Assembly: GCA_000934665.2 (NCBI GenBank)
Contig: KZ537959.1
Coordinates: 124,001-188,000, forward strand
DNA length: 64,000 nt
Reading direction: 5' to 3'
DNA from: Catajapyx aquilonaris
Taxonomy: Eukaryota
The notes beneath the pieces are model-generated. The model was not told the DNA's origin, searched no databases, and saw only the letters and a list, made by a program, of their open reading frames with translations. This document shows, piece after piece, positions 49,863-63,357 of the stretch. The position numbers were made by a program, and so were the translations under genes. Each line of letters begins with the position of its first letter. Position 1 is the stretch's first letter.

Positions 49863-52800
49863 TTCCTTCCTTCCTTGCCAGCTGAAGCGCCAATATTCAC
49901 TTTTGGCTTCGGGCACAAGAAAGACATCGGTATAAGGAAAGGCAAGGGGCCGCGAGAAGCCTCTGCCCGCACACATGCATATCTGTTCAGCTGATGGAAA
50001 AGGAGAAGGAAAGTGACTTCGTTTCTACCCATCTCACCCTTGAGCACCAGGAGTCTGAGAGACTGGTGGAATGTGCTGCTTCTAGTGCACTCATACAGTG
50101 TCTTACGCTTTCTTAACCTTCACTATACAATCGATAGCGAAGGTTTCTGACACATCATATGGGCATTTTTGTATTCAGTACACTAAAGGCATTGAGGTAT
50201 ACTTACTGATTCTTCGAAAAACAACATTTATGAGGTATTTTTTATCGAATATTTGCAGCTTCATTATTAATTTGAGCGTCATGACTTTACACTAGACCTA
50301 CATACTGATATTATAAATGATATAGGTATACTGTTAATTTTGTACGGGAGGCATCATGGTGTCTTGTTGCGGTCATTGCGCTCTCACTACTCACATCTGA
50401 ATAATATAGAGAATATCCTCACGCAGTAATGACGCCTTCCGGGACATATGATTTATATAATTATCAACGTCTCAGACGAGTTTTTAAGGAATTGTTGCCT
50501 GTTTATTACTAATTACCTATTTGTATAGGTATGTTGAGAAATATCTCTTGTGATCCACCCTGTAGAACAAGAGGGATAAATGCTTACCTCTAGAGCCAAA
50601 GTGTTCAAGATTGACTTTGGAAAGCAATGAAACCAGCAAGGACAGTGCCCCGTCAAAGATAGTTCTGTGAAGTATAAATAGACAACGCTTTGTGCATGTG
50701 GCTCGCATTATATGCTAGAATAGAATTTGCGGCGGAGGATGAGAGGCGTAATTATTTAGGGTGTTGCACTAAGCTTAAACATTGATATGGCCATAATGAA
50801 ATGGCGAGTCGCGTAATTTGACTGCAATGATTACTCGCTTATCATTTTCAATTGAAGGCTATTGGCTGGTTCTCTCTCATTTGTGTGTCATGAATCATTT
50901 TTGGCGAGGGAGTCGTCCCTGGAGGAAGAATGAGTTGGCCCTCCGGTGGAGTCTGGTTCCCACTTAGATATTTGTGGTATCACAAAGTGGAGCTGTGGAG
51001 TGGAGTTTGCAGCTATGATGTAACTCTTCCAAGAGTAGAAGCCTTCTCATTCCTACCTTGCTTTGCCTGCCATCTACAATGAGCAACATGTACGCCCTCA
51101 AGCTTTGCTGTTCCTCTTCCACTCGCTCATACATACGTATATCAGGTACTGTATAGCTATCAGTGCAGCAGCAGTTTTATGTGGTGGCGATTCCGGGGAT
51201 TTGCAGCCGACGATGTACATTTTGGAATGACGTGTAAAGCATACCCGATTGACATGGTTCATTTCTCAGCGTACTGATGGTATTGTCCCTTTGTCCTGAA
51301 TAGAAGACAGTTGAGGTTCATCATCTGGTGCAGTTAGTGGAGGAAAAGGCTAGCACGTGCTGTTGCGGAAATGGCTGTTCCTGTCCCAAGAAGGGTCTGC
51401 ACAGACCCGAGGAAGTTTTAAAATGCAGGAAGGCAGCAGGCACGTGGACCGCACGTGTCCGACCCGTCCTCTCCCTCCGCCTGCCCAGGGCCTGCCTGCT
51501 GTCTATTTCGGGGTCCGTGTCCCAGCTGTATACGCGCTTCCGACTGCCGCATCCCATCCAGGCAACTAACCAATCATCCATCCATCCATCGGTCACTCCC
51601 TGAGGTACCGGCCACTCAGCCTGCAAATTGCGGCGGAAATTAATCAACGCGCGTATCCTTAGGGATCACTTTTCCCGGATGCATACATATATCCCGACGA
51701 GTGCATGCATGTGCCTCGTCCGTTAGTCCGTCCCGCTGGAAGTGTCACTTGGGCCGCCCGTAAAAGAGAGCAAGGGAGGAAGTGGAGCGGGCAAGATGAG
51801 CCCATCATCCGGGTCCAGACAACGTGCTTGACAAGCGGCTTCTGATCCCGAAATTGGCGCCGGATTCTGCTGACGCTGCGTCATCATCTTCCTTCAAGAA
51901 ATCTTATATTTTACTCCTTCTATCACTCGCGCTTCTTGACAACCTCCTTTGCCACTTTTGCCAACCAAGGCGACGCCTGGATACTGGAGGGCCTTACTGT
52001 ACATGAGAGGGACCGATCATTATTTAGGGTAGGTCATGGTTGATTGATCATCTAGGCGTCTCCAAGGGTCGGAACATTTGCTGTTTTTCCCGGGTGGGTT
52101 CAGTGGGTGAAAAGGCCGTAATTGGAACCCAGTGAGTATTGCAACATGGGCGTACGAATCCTCGCCAATGCAATAATGCTGCTTCCATCTCAAACGAAAA
52201 AGAAAGAAAGGACGAAAAAAAAGAGAGAAGGAAGAACAGGGAAAGACGTGACATGCGCTTGGCTCAAAGTAGAAACTTGGAGAAACTCCTTCTTGCGATA
52301 TTGCTTCATAGTTCTGGTTTCCGCTCTGACAAGGCCGCGCCAAAGGAGGAAAAAGTGGCAGCCGCAATAAAAAAAAGGGGGCAGGCAGGCCCGTATGGGT
52401 TTGAGCAGCAATAAGTCGGCAAGGGGGGAAAAAAACTGCGGCGCCTCTTCTTAAGGGACAACCGTCTCCTTCCGGCCCACCAGAAAACGAACAGCATCAT
52501 ATTTTTTTGATCTATTTTTTCCTCATTATAACGGCCGAAAAACTTATATTTCCAAGTTTGAAGTCAGTTATCTATCTGGTTGGACAGTTTGCTTGACTTC
52601 ATCTATGACTTTGGCTAGAATCACTATACTGGCTGACTTTTTCAGAAATTTACCAGCCTGATGGAGCTTCCTGAAATGCACTGAGGCGCCAGAATATTTT
52701 GAGAGAAAGACATGGCGAGAAGTTATGTCTGGAACTCGGTGTTGTTGACAGTTAGTGACATTTGTACCCTAATGCTTGCGTTCACATCACCTATAAGCTG

Positions 52801-54506
52801 TGACCTTCGATCTAATGACATTTTCACCGAACTTTTAAAAACTGGAGCAGACCTTATCATCTTAGAGCACCATTAGCGTATAAGTTGCGGGAGCTTGATT
52901 TAATTTCATTAGGACCCCCTTTTAAAAACCGAGCCGTTCTTTCTTCTGATTACAAGTTTGAGCTATAACCGAACACGACTCCCTATCAGCAATCTACAAG
53001 AGGAGCTGATGAGTGCAGCGAGTGAGACGCGAGTTGGACATTTCCCCAGCAGTTGATTTGATTTTTGAGGCAAAGTGGAAACGCATGAACGGTCAGAATG
53101 AAAAGAGGCTGACGATGGATACCTTTGTGGAGCGGGGCACGAGGGAAAGAAAGAAGGGGAGGGGCGGTGGTTGGCTGGCGGGAAGGGGGGAGGGGGAGTG
53201 GTGGAACGTGTGGATATGACAGTTAGCGAGTGTTTAGTTGTCGGCGGCCGCTTCTGTAATGAGCCAGTGGAATGTTAGCAAGAGTGGCAAGTCATGTTTG
53301 GCGCCCCCGTGATGAATTTTCATAGTCCAGTATGCAGCAGTAGCAGCAACCCTGGGATTTCAATTCCGAGACACTCCCTGGGCATATATTCTGGCGGTGG
53401 TTCACCGTAACCAAAGGAAAAGGACATGTGTGTACGAATCACCTTGTACTTCGGATGGGATTTTTGTGTCGACGGAGCTAAATGCGACCTTTTAGGAGAA
53501 TGGGCGGGGAAGCCTATTCTCATGATAGTTATGACCATTCTGGGCCTTTTCTGCAGGCGGTGTTCTGTGCTCCTTTGTTGCGCGGGACAAAGATGCACAG
53601 CGACAAAAGGGAGGTGGACTGGGTGGGGGTGAAAATGACGAATGTCTGCTCTTATTCCTTCGCCTGCACAACTTTAGCTGTTAGTCGGTGAAAAGCTCTT
53701 TAATAGGCCGAGGTCGTTACGGTGCGGAGAAGAGGCAAGTTTCCTCATTACTTTGCCGCCTTAAACACGCCAATCCAACTTAATCAAGGAGGGAAAAGAG
53801 GGAGGAGAACACAGAGGCTGGTCCAAAAATGACTCGCCCATGGAAATTTCTCCCACCACTTATTTCCATTTCATCGGAAGCGACTGCTGGGATATATGAC
53901 CTGCACTCTCCACCAAGTTTCATTCCGCCAACCCACACCCTGTACTTCTGCACTGGCTTACATGGGTGTTATTACGGGCCGAATGGTGCCAAGTTGTGCT
54001 GAAAGAGGAGATGAAAAAAAGTGTGGTCGCTTAGTAATGGATCTGTTTGGCGTGGAAACAGCAGGGCCATGCTTCAAGGGGAAGGGAGGGTGGAGCCTGG
54101 GGAGAAGGAGGGGGGGAATGAGGAGAATGCGATTTGCATGTCGGGTAAGTCTTGGAGGAGTCATCTGGGTGTCGTGGCGAGAATATAGAATTGGGAAGGA
54201 AAAGAAGAGGGGAGGGCATTTACAACAAGCTCTTCTTCAATATCCGTCCAGACACGTTTCATTTTCCGCCCAACCGCTCATTTTTCTTATTAAAAATTCT
54301 CATTAGTTCTCTCCATCCGCCATTCCTTTTTTTAGCGGGAGAAAACACATCGCTTTCTTCATTTTCGTTTATCTCGCGATTAAGAGGAAACTTCCGTTGT
54401 TCGAGTACACCTGATTCAGCAGGAATAGTCCGTGCTGCATAGGAATGGTGTTTCTGAATCATTTATTTACTTTCCTGATATTTGGGCCAACATTATTTCT
54501 GCTGGA

Positions 54507-54532
54507 GCTGGCTGGCTGGCTGGCTGGCTGGC
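54507..54532. repeat. (GCTG)n microsatellite, ~6 copies
   Basis: Direct reading of the sequence. Confidence 0.85.
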
Positions 54533-57500
54533 AGCACTCGCCAATCGAAATGCATCGCCGGGAAAATTCCGCAAAGTTTGCAATTCTCCTTCCTCCTTTT
54601 CTCGTTTCTTTTCTTTTCTCCAATTTTTTCCCCGAGGATTCCAAGTGTGTCGTGGGGCGCCGCACTCGGGGATTAATTTTAATTTTATTAATATCGGGCA
54701 AAAATGTATATGAAGGCGAGGCCACCATTCATCTCCGGGAGAGAGGAAGAAGAAATGGAAAGGGAGGGAAACTTTTACTGCGCTTTCACCACTAATCGAG
54801 CTCGTATTTCATCAAGGAAGTTTTCTCTCGGTGCCGTCCCCTTCCTCTTATACGAGGGAGCATTGTAATATAATAATCATAATAATGGTCGAACTGGGTC
54901 ACACTGGCCACAAGGGTACGTTGCTGTTCCATTAGTCAGGTTTTGTCTACCTGCGACTGGTGGAAGGAAGACGGAACGGAAGAAGAAAGAATTGGGGTTT
55001 CTGGCCATTGATTGAGATACCTTGGCCCCAGCAGAAGATCCCCTAGGAGCTATTAGCGCAAAACACATGAAGCTAGCAATATTTCTCTCGCTCTGCTGGG
55101 CTGACCTGCGCGCTTCTCTCCGCCCATCTCCTTCTTTCTAATTCGGAGGAGACATTGGGCCATTTCGCATTCTCAGGTTCCTAATCTTCTATATATTCAG
55201 AATGGAATGTCTTTCACGCACGGCCTCTGGTATTATCGCTGCAGAAGTCGTCATCAAAGTTATGATCCAGAGGAGATTACACGCTCATTTCGCGATCAAG
55301 TGGTAGGGACAGGGGTGAGGGTGGGGTCCTGCCGACAAGGTCCTGCCCCTGATGGAAGTGAGATTTGAGGAGCCTCTTATCTGATGTGCTGTGAGACGAA
55401 GGCAGGAGGCGACCGGATGGAAGAAATTGGCCGCAGAAATGAAAGCGATTTTTTCTCTCTCTCTCTCTTCTCTCTCCCTTTCCATCCTCTTATGTTCCTT
55501 TCTCTCTCCCCCGCTTTTTGTGTTGTTGTCCTGGGGACGGTGCCGATAATCGATTGTTTCCCTTGGCCCCACCCACCCTCTGGTTGTACGGACTCCCTGC
55601 TGGATGCAAGGTCGCTAGCTTGCTGCTGACTACGTGTTGGAGCTGTGGTCAGCATCATTATCGCCCACCTGGCGCCCCCCACAAAAAGAGATGACGCCGC
55701 CTCTTTCGGCTAGTGGCGCCAATATCCGCTGCTGCCGTTGGGGACATAAATTCCCTGAAGAGTGGTCGCAGCTGATCTTGCTTTCGTTCATTCCGCTGCT
55801 GCACTCTGGAACCGCAATGCCGACCGGAGCTTGCAGAGAGGGAGAGAGAAAGCAAAGTGCAAACTTGGCCACTCTTACTCTTCATATCCCAGCTCTGTGT
55901 GAAGAGGGGAGGGGGGGAGGATGGAGGGATGGGAGGAGCTTGTCCACTGGAATTTCTTCCACGTTCGGCTGCAGGCGGGAAAGGATGCTGGATTTCTGCT
56001 TTTTAAGAAAAGGAGGGAGAGAAAGAGTAGAGAAAAAAATGGAGATGGTTGTGGGGTGGGGCTTTCTGGAAATTGGGGATTCGGTCTCGGGTCCATTTTG
56101 GTGGAAAGTGGCCCGAGGCCGTTCGGCCCTAGAGATCGGATCTTTTTCCTTCCTCTTCTTAGGGGAGGGGGGTGGGCGCGGGAGATGGGAGGGAGGGAGA
56201 GGGGAGAAGAAGAAGAAGAAGCAAGCGGGACCGGGCAATCATTTCAGATAAACCCCCAAATTGAAAAGAATTGCCTGCGATCCCTGGGCGCCAAGGCCGA
56301 TCCTTAGCGAATGCCAACTCCGCGATTCGTCCATCCTACGTGCACTCCACAGTACAGCACTCCCCACTTGATACTGCCGCTCAACCGCTTCAGCCAGACT
56401 TTGGGCCCAACGTAATGACTAGATGCGACCGTAAATTACAGCTGCGTTGAGGGGCCCGCGTATATAGAGGGGAGGTTAATCTCGGAAGAAGAAAGGCTGG
56501 TGGAAAAGAGTCAGGGTTCTAACAGCTCCCGTGGCTCGAAAGGATCTCCGGCAGAAGCAGGAGTTGCCTCCCCGAGCTTTCATATCCGCTTTTCTTGGAA
56601 GGTGTCCGACCCCCTTCTTCCTCCTTGTAATGAGCCAGGGCTCTTAAGGGCACCCTGGCGCCGACGGAGAGCCAGGCCAACTTTCCAGGCCCGAACAGCA
56701 TCAGAATTCCAACAGCTCTTGTTCGGTGCTGCTGCACCAGCCCGACGTCGGACTCCTTTTTGGCTGTGTGCGTGTCGAGGCAGAGCTAACTGAGATAAGA
56801 CTCTGGCAGATAGCGCGTAAGGGACGCTAGGAGACAATCGGAATGCTTGAGATTTCCGTAGCTCCGACTGCAATGCGGACGGGCCTGTTGGGAGTGTCTT
56901 ACGGCCCGCCCTCCTAATGTTCCGTCCCTGGCCCACATTATATGATGTGGAGGACAGGTTTTTGGTCAGATGAGAGCAGGTCCAGCCAAGTCTCGCCTTG
57001 AGCGTGGAAGAGAAGAGCGGTGACCGTGATCACGATGATGCCTACGGGATAGAATTATTCCTCTCCAGCCCTCCTTGATTCCCCTTCCACCACCTCTCTC
57101 CTCCCCCACGAAACCTCCTCCTCCCAAGTGGCAAATATCTGGTTGGCGGGAAGGGAAGCGAGTCAAGTGGCCTAACGAAGGCTTGTGACGGGCTCTGAAT
57201 GCCAAATTCACTTATTCCTCTCCCGAGGAGCCAAAGGAAGGAAGACCAAGTATGAAGAATCCTGGGAGAGCAGGATGGCTGCTGCCTGCCTGCATGGATG
57301 GATGGCTGGCGAAAGGACAGAAAGGGAATGAAAGAAGAGCAAAGGGAAAGAGGTGTTCCGCATTCCGCACGCTTGTTAGATCGCAATAATCCCCGATGCT
57401 GCTGGGAGGCGGTGCACCATCGTACAAGGAGGCTCCATGCATTTTTATTAAGTGGCTCCCATAGCCAACAAACGGATCAGAGTTACACGCGTTTGAACCC

Positions 57501-58352
57501 TTTCAGTTGCGGTCTAGAGAAGAAGCGTGTCATTTGGTCGACAGTTGGAGAGGAAAAGGAAAGGAAGGAAACAGGAGGGGCTTATTTGTAAAGGCCATTA
57601 GCGCGGAGGCGTTTTGTAACGCGCAATTTAATTTCGCAAATGGCCATACTCTTGCTCCTCGACGCCTTCAGCCCTCTTTTTTCCCCCCTCCCTCCCTCTC
57701 TCCGGATATTTCGGTCCGGATCGATAACTGTCGCCGCCTTCTTCTTCTTATATGGTTTCTTCCTTCTCCATTTGACTCCTCTTTGATTGGAAGGGCACTG
57801 GCGGGATGGTGTTGGGGGTGGGGAGAAGGGGCTCCCTGCCTGCTTCCTTGCTTGTGGAAGAGACCAAGTGCGGTCCCTGAGATTTCCCCAGCCCTTGGCA
57901 ACAGACCGGCAAAGGACTGCTTTTTCACGCTTCACGCATTTAGAGAGAGAACTCCCCGATATCCAGAGAGGTGGGAACGACGGGGATTATGGGTTCAACA
58001 TCGCCCACCCATCCCCCGGCTTTCCTCTTGATCGAAATTCATTACATTTTTCTGGAGGAGGACCCCTGGACTCCTTGCTGTTGGTTAAGACAGTCGGAGT
58101 GTGTCACCCTGCTCTGGGTCGTTCAGAGGGCGTTGCAAATGGCCAACAAGTGCAGTGTGTTGCTGCAGCGTACTTGGAACATTTCCGGCACTTGCAGAGC
58201 AAATATTATTGTTGGGACCGGGTTGGGTGCGAGGGGACCTTTCCCAAGGGTAACAACCCTTGCGAAGGTGGACCCAAGGTGGAAAAGGGCCAACGGAATC
58301 ATGCTCACACTGTCAAGCTCACTCGAGGGTGACAAATAAGAGCATTCTGTGC

Positions 58353-58376
58353 TGGGTGGGTGGGTGGGTGGGTGGG
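58353..58376. repeat. (TGGG)6 microsatellite with G-quadruplex potential
   Basis: Six GGG tracts separated by single T. Confidence 0.85.
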
Positions 58377-59228
58377 AAGAGAAGGGGTGGGGGAGGCTGG
58401 CAGCCAGGAATCCATTTCGCAAGGCCCACGAAGCGAGAGCATCGTTATCAGGAGATGCGGATGCTGCATGAATCCAAATGCGAAAACTCGGCCGAGCCTT
58501 GAGGCTAAAAGAGGGTGGGGCTGGGAGAATCGGGGGGAGGCTGGATTTTGCCATTGTTGAGTGTTCTGTCCATACCGGCTTTTGTTCAATTCTTGCCGCA
58601 TTGTTGTCCTGGAAGGATTAGCGATAGTGGGGCGTCGCACCGGCAAGTGAAGGACACAATCGGACTCTGTGCAGCCAGGTCCCATTATGGACTCAGCGTA
58701 TGGACACTGTTTATAGTATATGCGGTATAATAGCCTCTTTATGTATGCGTGGTCCGGCTGAAAAGGAGATGGCTACAGATAGGTCTCAACATCGTCCCAC
58801 TGCGCACATACTCATAATGGGATCCTCTCCTGTACGCCCAAACGATTTGAGTCCATTTATCATAGCGTCGGGACAATGAAATGTCGCACTTGCATGATGT
58901 CGAGTGCTGTTTCAATGAGAACTTGTTAGGAATTTCCTTCCGGGCAACAAAGGATCTTGTACTGCGGGAGAATATAGCAATGGCGAATTTGTGTCGGGGA
59001 GACTTATCATGTGAACTGTACTGACAAGTTGGTCAGAATGTAATTAACACTGTGCGCCATACTGGATTTTGATAATGCGACATATGCGAGCTATTTTGGG
59101 AGACTTGTAACGTCATAGTTGGTCATCTAAGTGATTTTCACTGTACGGTAATGACGTTTTTGGCATGTTATGTTAATTTTAGAGCAGTTTACGCTGTCAA
59201 ATGTGATAAATTAGACGTTTAGAATTGT

Positions 59229-59336
59229 CTAATAATTTCTTGTAAATTAATAAGCTTATTTTCGCTCCTTTCAGGTGAGTTATGCGATGCTATACCACCA
59301 CTTTACTGACTCCGCTTTGTATGCCTGCATGTAAGT
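59229..59336 (+). promoter_or_regulatory. Candidate recursive splice site (ratchet point) with 56-nt cryptic exon
   Basis: Branch-like CTAAT (59229-59233) and TTAAT (59247-59251), pyrimidine tract 59255-59272 (16/18 pyrimidine), then TTTCAG|GTGAGT with the junction at 59274/59275. A consensus donor GTAAGT follows at 59331-59336. Confidence 0.72.
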
Positions 59337-62300
59337 ACATTTTATGTTGGTTACCGGACAATCCGGCGAGCCAGAAGAAACGAGATAAGCCTGCCATAAG
59401 TGCACTGAAGGGCTCGCCCGACTAGTGTAACTACTCTTCGCTTGTAGCTACTTGTGTGACGCCCAGTATAGGGGCAATGGCTAATTTGCCAATGGACTAC
59501 ACTGAACAGAGTCGAAATGGAACGGGAGACTAACAGACGGTGATGGAGGCAGAAACTTGTTTCAGATAGAGGAAAGTTTGGGAGTCATGGCCCCCTTGGC
59601 TTTCCAAATGAGATTTATTCTGGAAATACGGTTGGCGGATTTTCCTTAAAGAAAGAGGGTCGAAGGGAGGAGGCGGGGTAGCTGGTAGAAGGGTCTTCTC
59701 TCCCCTTCCGACTTTGTTCTTCTTTTAGTATTTCCCCCTCTTAACCAAACTGTCTGCTTCATCGACAAGGTTAAAGGGGATAACCTTAATTGCTTTTACA
59801 CCCTTCCTGCCACTGTTTTGTCGAGTTCTAACGGGGTAGCTCGCAGGGTATTTGTGTGTAACAAGTACAGCACGTCAACATTGTGAGCGGGCACTGTAGG
59901 GTCGTATACCCAGGTTTTCAAGTAGGATTTTTGGGTAATTAGTCCCGGCGCAGGTCAGCATTGTCCTGCGAGCCAGACTTTCAAAACACCTGCTAGGGCT
60001 GATCCCGTTTAGTCGGGGGGTGTGGGGAGAGGATGGGTTAGAGGCTTATCTCTGGGTTGGATGATGTAGAGGTGCGCTTGCTTGAGGGTGCGTTTTGTCA
60101 GTGTCTGTTGGGCAAAGGGAAGCGGGTCCGATAGGATCTATCATGGCGTAGATGCATAATGCAGCCGGGCCATCAATGAGGGAGGAGGACGGGGGAGGGG
60201 GAGGGAGGGAGGGAGGAGGGAGCGGCTGCTGCTATCCCATTCCCATCCCATCCCCACTGAATTGTTCTGGCTGACAAAGTGCCGCCTGCTTTTGTTCTCG
60301 GATGCAGCAATAATTGGCTTTTGTGCTTCCGACAGGATTTACTCGGCCCTCCCCCTTTGTTACTTACTCCTCTCCAAACTCGTTCTCCGTATCTTCGCGG
60401 TTTCTCAGCCCGACTACGAATGTTCATTTTTTTTTTTTTTTTGCACAAAAGAACGCCGTCCGCAATCATAAAACGACCAATTCTTGGGTGTTTCTCGCTT
60501 CTTTCTTTTGCCGCGTTTCTGGCTACGAAATGAAGGCGGTGCGGTTACCCCTGCCAATTATGCAAGCCGGTGAGGAAGAGAGGCTCATTGGTTAGCTATG
60601 TGCAAGGATGAGCTGAGGGTTTGGAAACGCCTCGGGCACTCACCCTGATACTATATGTCCAACAATGACTTAACAATTAGGCTGTTCTATTTTAATGGCG
60701 AATAAGCATTGGGCTGTCAGGAACGTGGGGGAGGAGAGGTAAGCGTGTGCGTCATAAAGTTATTGTGAATAATTGATCGGGGATTCGCAGAAGGTAATTA
60801 AGTGCGACCGTTCATTACTCATTTGTCAACATTTTGCTTACACGCACCTCGTGTCATAATTATGTCTGCAGATATTTCAGAGAGAGCGCGTGACATGCGT
60901 ACTAAAGTACAGGGAAATGTAGGCCGAAGCAGCCGCAAGTGCACATAGGAAGAGTCAATTATCATAATCCGGATGAAAGGCCAATCCGCTAATTTGTGTC
61001 TTGCTCTCCTTCTACCCCTCCGCTCTTCCCGGTCTCTGTCTCATTTGGCGAATCATTTTAAAACGCGTCCGGCCGCGCTTTCCATTTACACTGGATTACA
61101 TTTGACCCGGCACCAGGCTCAAAAAGAGAGGCTCTCAACTGGCTGGCCTTTTTTTTCCCCTCCCTAGTTAAACGCAACGAAAGCATTTCTGGCTGTATGA
61201 GACCGCCAAATAGATGCGGCAGCCTGCTTCGTGAGACTGCAGATATGTTAATAATCACATCTGGCACACTTTCATTGCACCTACTAAGGCATTCTACGGC
61301 ACTACACAAATACGTGTGTATAACAACGGAGGATTTTGGTCGTGGAAGGGGAAGGGCTGGAATTATTCATTACTTAGTCGCAGGCCTTTATGGCCACCTC
61401 CTCAGAATCCAATCCCGGGGGCGCAAAATGTGCCGAAATTAATATCGGATAATAATGCGCCAACTATCCGGAACGCAATTTAAGGCCAGGGATTTGTTTA
61501 AAAAGGGCACTTGACCGCTGTGGCTCAGGAATCTAGCTGGAGAGGACGTGTATAAATCTCCTCCCGGACGATCTTCCTTTTCACTCCTTGAAGATCCGTT
61601 TGGCCTGACTCGGCTACTATACCCTTCTTCCGGTCCTTCCATTAGCTAATTGCATGGAAGCTAATTATGTTTAAGAAGGTGAGGCGCATCCGAGTAATGC
61701 TTCTTCTCATCCAGTAGTTAAGACTGTCATCTTTCGCACCTCTTCTCTCTCTCTCACCTGTCCCTTAATGGCCTCCTGCTTCGGCACCTGCTTCTTCTCA
61801 TGCCACGAGCCTTGCTGCCTGGCGCTACGTGTCTCCTCAATTACTCGTGGGGGGATTCTGCATTATTTTTACTGCTCCCGAAGGATGTATTGCGACAGAG
61901 TCCGGAAGCCCTTGAATTATCAATGTGGCATTTTCTTTTCTGAGGCAGCCGTTGACCTTCTGGAACTGACTCAAAGGTCCTTACTGGCTGTAAGGATCAA
62001 AAAAAAAAATGTCGCGCCAACACATTGTACCTGATCTGGCAAGTTGTTGGATGTGTGTGTATGTGTGTTGCGTATGCTGGCTATGGATGGGTTGAACAAC
62101 ACGGGAGAGCGAGAGGGAGCTGCAGAGCAGTCGATAAAAGGTGGTGTCGGGAGAAATGTGTTGACTGGGAAACTCTCAAGTGGGACTTGATGTACTTGAG
62201 AGCAGCTCCATGATGAATAGTCGAGCACAACTTTTGGATGGATTTGCATCGGAAGGCTCACACCATCCGACCTTGCTTTTATTTCCTCCCAACTTTGGGC

Positions 62301-63339
62301 CTGGGTGGTGATTTGGCGTAAGAAGCGGTGTGCGCCGCTATCAGAGGAGCGCCTTCTGCTGCTGGGCCTGTTTTCACCTGGGAGAAGTGATAGGAAATAG
62401 GAGCGGAAGGAGCAGAAGGAAGGAGGGGAAATGCGATTAGCCGGCGCTGAAAGGCCTTTTCTACCTCTCTCACTCTCACTCGCTCTTCATTTTGGCTGCG
62501 AGTTTGTTTTTCCGACCCAGAAAGGGGCAAAGTTGCGTGCCTGATCAGATGGGGAGAGGATTGATCGATTGGGGAGGGCCGTGCGTGTGTATGTTCTGCA
62601 TACACGCCTCGTACAATAGCGTCCAACTGCAACCGGTTGGTTCTTTGTGTGGGTGAATGTAGTGCAGGCCTACGGGCTCATTGATCCTTTGCCCTCTCCG
62701 ACACGTCACCTGAGTTGTGTTCAATGGGAGGTGCGCACTGGTCCTGCGCACCTGCAGGATAGCCCCCCTACCCATCCTCCTCCTCCTCCTTCCCCCACCT
62801 TATTCCCGCCACAATCCTCATTAACAGTGCGCCGCAGCGCCAAACTCGACGCCAGCAAAAGGTTTTCTCAGCGCCGGACTCTACACATTGCATTTGCGGC
62901 ACATTCCTGCAAAGATGCAGCTGAAAAGGAATGTGATTGATACCGCACTGGCCGACGGCTGCCACTTGTTTCACGCACAATTGATTTCCGTCTAAGCATT
63001 GCCCGAGCAATTACACACAACTAGGCAGTCCGCCGGGAAGGAGATGGTGGGTGGTGGGCATATAGGATTGGTCCAGATGCAGGGGAAAGGAGAGCTGCCG
63101 ATATCGATTTAGTCATTTGGAATTCGCCAATCATCATCTGCAGTCTGGAGTTTTGGGGCTTGCGGCTGTATGAAGACGAGAGAGCTTAGCTATATACAAG
63201 TTCTTTCCGGCACAACTTTCTCTTCCCCCAACTTGTGTATTGACGAGTCTTGCGCTTGAAGACGGGGTGGTAGCGGCAGGGGGGCTGCTTCCTATACCTG
63301 GCCGCTAGCGAGCAAGCAGCTCTGGATGGATGGAAGCTG

Positions 63340-63357
63340 CGTGGGAACCTGTGGGAA
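63340..63357 (+). promoter_or_regulatory. Tandem pair of Su(H)/CSL consensus sites
   Basis: CGTGGGAA (63340-63347) and TGTGGGAA (63350-63357) both match YGTGRGAA, as a direct repeat with 10-bp period. Confidence 0.35.

Noticed and set aside
50556..50567. ACCCTGTAGAAC miR-10-like 12-mer
   Set aside because: No hairpin partner and the rest of the sequence diverges.
57787..58332. 181-aa ORF with moderately complex sequence
   Set aside because: No recognisable motif, no convincing flanking splice sites, and multiple overlapping ORFs of similar length.
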